Assembly: GCA_002256025.1 (NCBI GenBank)
Contig: NKIB01014175.1
Span: 1 to 46,527 of the forward strand
Length of the DNA stretch: 46,527 bases
Source: Asterionella formosa
Taxonomy: Eukaryota
Reading direction: 5' to 3'
Below, piece by piece: positions 11,947 through 22,480 of the stretch. How positions within the stretch are numbered: the first letter of the stretch is position 1; each line of letters starts with the position of its first letter. Position numbers and translations under genes: made by a program. Under the pieces are notes generated by a model, which did not search any database, was not told where the DNA came from, and worked only from the letters and a program-made list of their open reading frames with translations.

Positions 11947-13340
11947 TTCATGAAATCCTGTTTGAGAGGGGAAATCGTGGAAAGTGAAAACCGAAATGTC
12001 CATTATTGCGAACCTGCAACTTTTCATTGTCTTGTAGACAAGGTATGTTGCTCATCGCCATGATTCTAGTACAACCTAAAAAACTGAGAGCCAACATGTG
12101 ATCACTCCATCTTCGACTAAAATTATTGACGTTTCTTAATTGATAAAATTTGAACCAACTTAATTCTACAAGAAATCGCTCTGACCTTGAACATCCATCA
12201 CTCAAAGTTTTCATCTTTCTAGTGTCCTCCCCGACTTGGTTCAACTCATGCATTTCAGGGGTGATTGTGGTGATTTCATGGAAATATCTCAATTGCATTC
12301 TTTCAGGTAGGCATGCCAGGAGTTCGCAATATAGAACAAGGAATTCTTTGTTCATTCCCGAGAAGCATGTATTTGTTTAAAGATTTGAATATTGATTCCA
12401 ACAAGACATCCAGTCACAAGACTCACATACCGGTGATAATGTTTATGCACATAAAATGCCAATTCCATTACTTGTTGAGAGTTGAAAGAGCCAATTTGGT
12501 CTACTATTTAGATAAGAATTGCTCAACAATGGTGGGGTTTCAAAAAATAAACATAAAAATATTTCGTAGCCATGTACTTTATTTTGTCAGGAGTGACCTT
12601 CTGGCAAGTAGCTGCAGCTAATTCTCTTTGATTTCTTAATATGCTTGATAGCCCATTTTTTGATCTCTTTTGGGATAGCAAAAATGCCTAGAGGGATAAC
12701 TTCAACAAGATGTCAATTCAATGTTATAGTATGTTAAAGCTACCCAATAATTGCACCCACCAGGTCCAAACAAATGGACACAATTAGGACCGGTTTATTT
12801 TTCTGTATGGTACAACATGCCCTGTCTTTTTGTCGAAGATGCTCTTAATCCAACCAATGAGTGTACTTAAGCATATGCCTGGTACTAAAGCAAAGTACTG
12901 GGTAATGGATTTACGTATATAGCTACCAGTTTTGGTCCATAAAAGAATATGACATGCGTCTGTTGTTAGGCCAAGCGTGGTCCTTCATGAGGGTTTTTAT
13001 GATGTGTCCAATCAATTGCAAGAAATTTGCGCCAAGTTCCTGCACTGTCACGAAAACGATTTGAAAGGGGCATTTTAGTGCAGCGACGAAACCTATTATG
13101 AGGAATCAATTGAAACAATACATGTCCAAACATCTACCACCAAACAAAGAATTCAAATCGTCAAAGGCACCCGGTATTTTCTAATGTACTAGGTGTATGT
13201 GTTGAAGAAGGCTGATGATTGTTGCGATTGCGATGGAAATAATAGTCTTTATCCTTTGCGGTGTCTAATGCAAAGTAATATTAGTAGTAATAGCAACAGA
13301 ATCGAATGCTGAGTTTGATGCACATGTTTGCGGAGACACA

Positions 13341-13609
13341 AAGAAACGGCTACATAAAATGTCAATGAAATTTTATAGCAAATTAAAGCTATCCAATAAT
13401 TGCACTCAGGCCCACCAAATCGATGGACACAATTATTACCGATTTTACTTGTCCGTACGGTACAATGGTACCTGTCTTTTCGTCTGCCGCGCCTCCCGGA
13501 ACCCTAGGGAGTACATGAGAAAGGCAGGTGGAGAATACAACAATCGAACCTGTGACCACAGTGGGTGTGCTAACCATTAAGCCATTCCCCTGAAGAAACG
13601 GCTACATAA
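13341..13609. repeat. 235-bp insert flanked by a 17-bp direct repeat
   Basis: aagaaacggctacataa at 13341-13357 and 13593-13609; the insert is a diverged homolog of about 12710-12850. Confidence 0.75.
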
Positions 13610-13719
13610 TATATTTGATACTCATTGTCACACCATGCTCAATGAATTGTTCTTGTCCATCATTCTTGGTTTCAAAAAAGCAGTCATTATCCGCCTGACC
13701 GGTGATAATGGCAAATATG

Positions 13720-14185
13720 TGTCAAGATTTAGTACTGCGTGCATATTAGCTAGTTCAGTCAAACTAATCAATCTTGAATAACATTCCAGCCGAAATCCTG
13801 CATTGAAATGCTGTGAGAATTTGAACAGCATTGATTGCCAAGAACTATATCATCAAATCAAGGTAAATATTCAAATGGAGAATGTTCTAAGTAAACAATA
13901 TTCACTGAAGGAAAGGTATACATGGAATGCAGATAGCATTGAATATTCACGATTGTTTTACTAAGTAAGTTGAGTTAAGTTGTCAGTTGAGAGTTGAATG
14001 TCTAGCGGCACAATGAATATCTATATAAAAATTTGAGAAGAGAACCTTGATAACTGGTCATGTGAACGATTACAAGATAGATCAAATAAAATCACAATAA
14101 GGTGGGATTAGAACAGAAGGTTTTAATACACTGAGCTTGTCTAGAAAGAGCTAGTATTGTAGTCAGACTGCAGAAGAATTTAACA
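13720..14185 (+). repeat. 5' LTR of outer Copia (466 bp)
   Basis: tgtcaagatttag...cagaagaatttaaca; about 8% substitutions plus several 3-4 bp indels versus the 3' LTR, counted by eye. Confidence 0.93.
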
Positions 14186-14217
14186 CTCTTGCAAGCGGAT
14201 CAACTTCCTTTTGCAAC

Positions 14218-14782
14218 ATGACTGAAGACAAAGGTGACACCTTTCGCCTTGTGAGGTTCGACAATGAGGACGCCAGTTGGCATGAGTGGAGTGTGAAGAC
14301 ACTTTCACTAGCCAAAACAAGAGGATTCAAGAATGCATACATTAAGGATACCGATCCATGCAGCGATGCAGTCTACAAAACTACAGATACAGACGATGTC
14401 AAGAAGGTCTACAAGATGAACGATTGTGCATACCAGCTCCTGGTTATGAGTTGCACTGGGATTGCGTTTGGTTTGGTTAGCCAAGCCAAGACCAAGAACC
14501 ATCAAAAAGGCGACGCATTCCTTGTTTGAACCTACCTCAAGGCTCGCTATGTTCCAAATGCTACAAGCGACTTTATCCAAAACAATTGCATCTGTGAGGG
14601 CAAGACGCAAGACTCAGACAAGTGGTTGTTCATTCAACTGGAGTTGTTGAGGAATCGAATGGCGATGATTGATTCTGCTTACAAAAGGAAGAATCTTGAG
14701 ATGATTGCCCACATACGTGACAAACTACCTAAGGAGTACTCAGAAGTGGTAACAATGGTTGAGGCTACACCCTCCCTAACAC
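14218..14782 (+). pseudogene. Outer Copia gag, N-terminal part
   Basis: MTEDKGDTFRLVRFDNEDASWHEWSVK...; KLPKEYSEVVT motif near 14720; frameshifted; resumes after the inner element at 22481 with CRSCGKQEQKAADW (degenerate CCHC knuckle). Confidence 0.8.
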
Positions 14783-15019
14783 TGTTATGAATCACCTCTT
14801 TACATGACGTGTCAGTATATGTCTGTGTCTGTTTGTCTGACAGTACCTATGAATCTTATTTAAATCATCGTTCTACTATATCAACTTAATCTAATCACTC
14901 TTTTAACAAACACACCTTCCAATCTCCTTTTGAGCTTGTCAGGTTAGTTATTGGACTCCCCTCTATCGTCTCCTCATTCATCGACCCCGTCGATCTCTCT
15001 CGTCCCCTCTTTCACTGCA
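14783..15019 (+). repeat. 5' LTR of inner Copia (237 bp)
   Basis: About 11 substitutions and 2 indels versus 22236-22475 (~5%), counted by eye. Confidence 0.95.
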
Positions 15020-15033
15020 GGTTATGAGCCCGA
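15020..15033 (+). other. Primer-binding site for a cleaved 5'-half tRNA-Met
   Basis: ggttatgagcccga directly after the LTR; reverse complement TCGGG-CTCATAA-CC is a Met anticodon stem-loop, the half-tRNA PBS type of Drosophila copia and Ty5. Confidence 0.85.
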
Positions 15034-15621
15034 GCTGTTTCCTTGAAAGACACGAAATTGTTGATTGTTAATTCGATCTCACTGTCGGCGCTGATCGCAA
15101 AATCTCGTTCGCATTCGATTGTTTTCGCATCATTCATTTGGCTGCTACATCTGTCTATCTATATACTACACTACACAGCAGAAGTAGACAAGTGTATTGA
15201 GTAATCTTTATCAAAAGAGTGCTATTTGGCATTCAAAGGTTGCCTGCTTTTCATTCGCAACACATCGTCAACGGCGTTTTTCTTTTTTCGTCGTGAATCG
15301 TTTTCATATCTTCACACTATTTTGGCTACGATCATCTGTGCACGAGTGTTTCATAAGTACTGTTTACCAGTTACCGCAATACTACTCCGGTAGTTCGTTC
15401 TCGTTGAGTCAGATCTTCTGCTACGGAATTATTACACTACGTGATGATCGTCGTTTGTAATCGCAAACTTACGCACTACTTTGTTGCACTATTGATTACA
15501 GTACATCAATAGTTGCCGGCTATGGGTACCAGCAGGTGATACCATTGCGGAAGCATTGATAAGTGGAAGTGATGAATCATAGTCTCTACACATTCTTTTT
15601 TGGTTTACTCTTCTTATCAGG

Positions 15622-18600
15622 ATGTCATCTCGACAATTGACATACACCCAAACTACGAGCAACCATGACCATGCTACCCAATGTGCTTGTACAACACGAA
15701 CAACAACACCACCATCTGCACTCCCTGAGCACCCCCGATGTTCCACACGCCTTCATGGTACTTACTCATGTATCGCAGACGTTTCTCCTACCAGCCGACC
15801 GCATCTTTTCCGTGGTTTGGATCGCCAGCTGGCATCTTTACTCGGGACACTTGGAACCCCTTCTGCAACATCACGTGTCCACTCAGTGGCTCCTACTAAT
15901 CCTACTATGCGTAAAGTTGTACCTTACCCTATGATGATCAGCATTCAATCTGACCCGCTTCATGATCACATCACGACACCACGTGGTCAACGCCGTAATT
16001 CCTACCACCGTATGTCTCTTGAAGAGCGATTCAATACTACCCCCCACAGTCAAGTCTCTACGACTTGAAACATACCTTTGGACGCCAACTCTACTTATAG
16101 TGGCCAACAGTATGATACTCTTACAGACGGGAATACTGTTGATACTTGCACATCTGTTCTTCTCCCCTCTTCCCCTACTCCCACGTTACCTGCGGAGCTA
16201 CTCAATAATATTGAATCCTGCATACAGTATTATGTAAAGGAACGGTTAAATTTAAATACCATAACGCACGACGACCGTTATTGTCCGCCAAGGTCCGCAG
16301 CCACCACATGCACTTCGGTCCTCTACACTTCGTCCTTTTTTGTCATACCAGCATCACCAGTCATACAACGATAATGATCCTGATCCAAGAGATGATCCAC
16401 CAGAATCCACCTCATATGACCAGTCTCATTCCAACAGTGAAGCTGAACCTCCATTTAATGATCATCTTGCTGCCTACAATGAAGATAATCCATTCTTCCC
16501 AAGATTCCACCCCATTCCAGCTACAGAAGAAGAACTCACAAACTATCTCAGAAATCTCTGCATCCGCTCCTTGCATTGTAATTCTAATGCTCCTGAAGTT
16601 GCCTGGTTCCAAAGTTCAACCACTACTATTCTTGGTCCCTATGGTGGTCAATATGCCCAAATTAGTAAAACATTCACAAAACTTGTTACACTTGATTCCG
16701 CACACTTCTTTGCATGGTATAATACACTTTGCGCAGCCTTCAATTCCACAGGATTTCACATGGATTTGCTCCCAAAAGTCATTGACATGGTCTATGATGC
16801 TGATCTCCAAGATTCTCCAATTGATGGTGAGCTTCTTGAAGGAATGCGCATCAAATTTGGTCCCAAACTTGGTATAACAGCGACTCCTCAGTATTTTCAA
16901 GATGAACATTGTCGCTTTGTCGATTTAGCAACATTATCTATTCTGCTCTCAACCATGGCAACATACTTCCACTTCACCAGGGTGATCAAGCTAAGGACAT
17001 ACTTGAGAAATATAGCCCAACTGGAGATGGATTTGGTGTGCTTCAAGATTTTTTACTCTTATTTCACCCTGGTCTGAGAGATAATCAAGCCCCTAGTTTC
17101 CCTGATCATACAGCAAAGGCGCCTCAATACACGCTTACTGGGAATCAGACCACAATGGATGGTCTCACTCATTACAATATGCAATATACGCGATGGCTCG
17201 CTCTCTTGCATCTCTACCCTGAACATTCAACTTTTCGTAAAGTGGACATTCCCTTGCATTATTTAAATGGTTTAGGAGTCAACGCTCACTATCGTCATGA
17301 AGAATTATTTGCACTCCGGGTTATCAAAACAAATGATCTCCGACTGTATTCAGAGCACCTTCAAGCGAACAATATTCCCAAGAGATTACAAGTGGAAAGT
17401 CTATACAACAAACTCAAATCACTCCTCCAACATTTACCTACTCCTCACACCCATCGTTCTACACATGGGATCACTCTACCTGTATATGCTGATGTGGTTT
17501 CAGTCTCTACTATTGACATTGCACACACATTGGAATGTGCTCTTCAAGGCCACCCTGATACCACTACTCATGACCACAATCCCATTCATGCGGTCATGAT
17601 TTTGGCCATAAATTGCGCAAGAGTTCCTAATCCTCACCAAATATGTCTCTTTCCTTGGTGTGGTGTCAAACATGACCCTCTCTGTTATTGTATTTGTTTT
17701 GGTAGTAACCATAAAACGCCCGATTGTTGGCATCTCAATGGACTCTCAGACAACCGAAAAGAACTACTTGTCAAAGCACATTCTGCTAAAATTGCTTGGC
17801 TCCCTCCGTTTGATGCAACCCCTGCTCAACCTCCTCGCGGTTCTCTTGGTCGCTCTGGTCCACGAGACACCACTCCAGCAAATACTCAACTCCTTACAGT
17901 TCAGGCTATTTCCACCATGCCTGAGGACAAGAATGCGGAGCCTACACACCTTCAGTCTGTCATAGATGATATACATATCACATCGAGAGAGAACATGTAT
18001 AACATTGCACCATTTTCTCATCAATACAGCTGGGATGTCCCCGCTCCTAGATCCCCTGGACCTTGTGATATTGACAATGATCAGGCTATCACATCTTCCC
18101 CAGTTTATCACACAGGCATGGTCACTTTTGTTGCTCATATTCGTGATTCACACAAGGTTGTTGATGACTTTGCTCTGATAAACTCTGACCCCACTGAAGT
18201 TCTTACACATAGTATCTCTTCCTCTCTACCGCACTCCTCCACTTCCTTATCCACCACTGGTCTGGAATTTGCTGCAAACCTCCACGAAGGTGAAACTTTG
18301 ATGCATGTGGACACTGGAGCAAATGGGAATGTCACTTGCATGAGCAATAAATTACACAATGTTGTGAGCTCCACTGTACTATGCCAGACTGCTAAACTTG
18401 GTGATGCTGATAAAGTTGGATACATGGGCACACTTTTTCCATGTTTCATTTCCTCAGATAGAACTGTTGAACTGGAGGTATCACTTCCCAACACAGTGGA
18501 AATGCCACACTATCGGTGGCGCTCCCTCAGTATTCACGCTCTCAAACGCCTAGGCTATGAGGCTGATCATTGACTTTGTCGCACAGGTAACCTGTTATGG

Positions 18601-21600
18601 TTAAAACTTCCCAACGGGAAAGAATATTCTTTCAAGTTATTGACCTTTGATGATGCAGACTACATCATTGTCCGTTTACATAAACCGTCTTTAGGGATTA
18701 CCACCTCTGCTATTGACCTTATCAAAACCATGAAACCATCAGGACTTTATCATCTCATTCATCTTTGAATGGGCTGCCCAGGCCGGCGTGCTATGGAATT
18801 ATTGCTCAATGGAACAAGCGTTATGGGTCTCCCTTTGAATGTCCCTATAACAGACACATTCTTCTCCTGTCTAATCTGTCTCAAAGAAAAACTGCCCTCC
18901 TTATCCAGAGGTCCTACTGTTGAATCTCCTTTCAAGGTTCTTGGAAGTCTTATCCATATGGATTTTGGATTCTATGGTAAACAATCCTGCCGTGGATTTA
19001 AATGCTTTTTATTAGTCACAGAGGCAATCTCTAATCATCGTTGGACATTCTGTCGTCAATCACGCACTATACCAGTAAAACTCATCCTTTGGATCATCCA
19101 GCACTTGCAGATCTGTACTGGCAACCGTGTGTGCCATATCCGTATGGATGGGGAATGATTTGCTAACCACACGCTCAAGACCAAGTTGTCTCTGCTGCAC
19201 ATCTTGGTGGAGCCCACTGGCGCGTACTCATCCTCGCAAAACGGAAAAGCTGAGGTCTCCATTAAACTTGTTGGACTCATGGCTCAATGTCTCAATGTCT
19301 CTTATATGGAGCACAAATGGATCCCTCACTATGGTGTTTTGCTGTCACATATGCCACTTTTCTTCTTAATGTTCGGCCTAGTGATGCCCATAATGGTCGC
19401 ACCCCTCATGAAGTGTTCCACAAACATGCACCTAATTTATCAATGGCCTCTATTTTTGGCTTTCCACTCCATTTCAAGAATCGACGCGCCAGTCGGCATC
19501 GTCCTGATTCTAATACACTTCTTGGGACTTTTGTTGGTTTCCAAGGGACTGCGCAGATCTACCAATATATTGGGGATTCCGGCCAGGTTCAATATGCTCA
19601 TCATGCTGTTGTTGATGAACTTTGTGTTCACAGACTTCCTAGTGATCGGTCTCCAGCAGCGAAAGCTCTCCTGAATCACTCAGCTATGATGATTCCATTT
19701 CAGCACACACAGCCGCTTTGAAAAAAGCAATTTCTGATCTTATCCCAAGTTGTTCACCATGGCTAAATCACGACATGTCCGTAACAGAAATTTCTGATCT
19801 ATTACCAGATGAGGCACATGGCTTACTTCTCCATTACCATGCTGACCTAGCACGATGTGAGATAATTGGGATTGAACCCAATAGTGCTTTCGGGCGTCGT
19901 ATGACAAAAGTCCCTATACAAATATTAAAGGGTAGAGTGCTGTTACAGATTAACGGAAATGACGTACGCACTATCAATGATGCTGAGGAGATACTTGATG
20001 GATATGTCCTTGATACACAGCCAAGGGCGTCTTTCTTTAAGTGATCCTCATGATCCATGATTCGTTCCTGGTATGCTCACCAACCTCACTCTACTGTCGG
20101 TGAAGAAACCACGCACAAACCATGACTGGAAAGATACATTTTCCTTTGGTGCAGGGGATATCAGTATGCTTCGGTCAGGATTTACTGTCTCTTCCATCAT
20201 TTCTCATCCCAATACACTCTGTCCACGATCATTTCATGAAGCAATGAAAGGACCATTTCGAGGAGAATGGACTGCGGCGCTCTTTCATCATCTAGATAAC
20301 TGTCATAGCATTTGGACCTTTGGCGCTCCAGGCCTTCCACCTCATGATGCAACTCTGCTTCCGGCTGTTTTGGTTCTCAAACATGTGGTGAATTCAGCCA
20401 AACAGATAAATGATCGCAAAGTTCGGCTATGTGTGAATGGCAGCTATCAAATTAAAGGAGTGGATTATACTGAATCTTTTGCTCCCACCATACTCGCCAT
20501 GTTGATCAAAGTTTTTTTGGCCATTGGCACGTATATGCATTACAATTTCTATCATCTTGATATTAGCAATGCCTTTCAAAATACTCCTGCTCCACCTAAT
20601 GCAGCAGGGAACCGTATCTGGCTCAAAGTTTTTCCTGAATGTATGCTCTGGTATCAAACCAGATTCCCAGTTCAATATAAAATTATTGAACACACATTCC
20701 CACTGGCCAAACAATCTTGGAAAAGCTTGGGTGTGGAAATGTTTGCTCATGTCCAAGGGCGCAAAGATGCTTCTCGAGAATGGGGAGAACATGTTGATAA
20801 AGTGCTCTATGGACAACTGGGCCTAATCAAAAATCGCGTAGATCAATGCATCTACCAAGGTACAATTAATCAATGTCATGTCATCTTAGCCAGAGCCACT
20901 GGTGATATTTTGGTCGGAACTTCGTCACTGGATACATATTGTTACTACTCTTGAATCTCACTGGACGATACACAATATGGGGCAAGTCTCTCATTTTTGT
21001 CTCAGATTCCTGTTTAGTTCCAATTGTATGACAATTGACCAAACTCATATGGTTCATGACGTTCTTCAATATGTTTATGGTTCGTCCTGGGATAAACAAA
21101 TTATCTCGAGAACCAACATGATTCCTATGCTCAGTGGCGTACAACATGAAGAAGCACTTGCTAGTTGTATACCATATTCTCCAAGTGAACTTCATACAGC
21201 GATTCAACTTTATGGTTTTGAATATAGGACGTTGTTGGGGCTATTTCAACATCTATGCCAATGGACCAGGCTTGATATACAAACAGCAGTACAAAGGCTG
21301 GCTCAATATCAAAATGCTCCTGGATCATTACATTTTGATGCGTTACTACAAATTGCAAAATACCTCCGTCAATATCCGGATATTCCACTTGCATTCAACA
21401 GAAAAGTATCTAGGGGTTCCACAGTTTCGGTTTCACATATCAGTTAATCTGCTCCGTGGCTGGGTGAACCTACTGTCATCAGCGTTGAAGCTCACCAATT
21501 TGACAAAGATCAAACTTTCTGGCATATGCCCTGTATTATGACTAGTCTGATCTCCACTTCATCAGTATCTACCTCATTATCATCCACGCTTCAAGAACAG

Positions 21601-22117
21601 AAACATTTTTCTAATATCACCAGCAAACCTCTTCTTGGAATAGCACCTACCACCAAAGGCTATGCGGATGCTAACTTTGGAGGTGCCATATTTGACCGGT
21701 TAGCATATTCTGGTGGTGTCATTATGATTAATGATACTGCAGTAATTACATTGTGCCGCAAACAAAGTACAACAGCATACAATACTACTGAAGCAGAACT
21801 TGATGCAGCCACCACCTTATCTAAACATGTTTTGTGGCTACGCATTTACATGGCGGATATGTCAATTCCTTATCATGATGCTATCTCCATTGGAGAAGAC
21901 AATTGCTTCCGCTGCACAAATCATTGCGCATGCGGGTAAATTAACACGCAATGTCCGTCATATTGCTACAAAAACGCAGGCTTTGCAAGAAAATGTCCGT
22001 CATGGCAGAGTCCATTTTACCTCGGTCTCGTCTGCTCATAATTTAGCTGACCATTTTACCAAGGCACTCCCGTATTCTACTCTACGTGCACATTGCATGA
22101 CTATGATGGGATATTAA
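15622..22117 (+). pseudogene. Inner Copia gag-pol polyprotein (frameshifted/stopped)
   Basis: Cys/His knuckles about 17640-17730; protease MHVDTGA about 18301; pre-integrase H.*MG..CLIC; integrase HMDF / RMDGE / QNGKAE; RT YHLDISNAFQ and ATGDIL; RNase H GYADANF, TTEAEL, EDN, RHI, NLADHFTKAL. Confidence 0.92.
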
Positions 22118-22235
22118 TTTATTGATGCCGGTCATCGTGCAGTCACCACGCTCGCACGGCCTGACAAATCAGCCAGTTCTTTGACAATCATTGATTCTTC
22201 TCCTTTTATCTCATTTTGTTATGAGATGGGGGGGA

Positions 22236-22475
22236 TGTTATGAATCACCTCTTTACATGACGTGTCAGTATATGTCTGTGTCTGTTTGTCTGACAGTACC
22301 TATGCATCTTATTTAAATCATCATTCTTCTATATCAATTTAATCTAATCCTTCTTTTAACAAACACACCCTCCAATCTCCTTTTGAGCTTGTCAGTTTAG
22401 TTATCGGACTCCCCTTCTCTATCGTCTCCTCGTTCATCGACCTCGTCGATCTCTCTCGTCCCCTCTTTCACTGCA
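22236..22475 (+). repeat. 3' LTR of inner Copia (240 bp)
   Basis: Preceded by PPT gagatggggggga; ends ctgca; followed by aacgc. Confidence 0.95.
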
Positions 22476-22480
22476 AACGC

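Larger units (their letters stand above)
14783..22475 (+). mobile_element. Inner Ty1/Copia (CoDi-like) LTR retrotransposon, 7693 bp, degenerate
   Basis: LTRs 14783-15019 and 22236-22475 (tgttatg...ctgca), TSD aacac/aacgc, PBS at 15020, PPT 22223-22235. Confidence 0.95.

Noticed and set aside
11948..13100. Possible non-LTR retrotransposon remnant on the minus strand
   Set aside because: Only vague motifs (PLPSTLL, LFGPGG); I could not fix the coding frame or find RT core motifs.
12734..13400. ttaa|ag... sites as Kolobok termini or long terminal direct repeats
   Set aside because: Homology between the two copies extends upstream of the TTAA, so it is not an element end.
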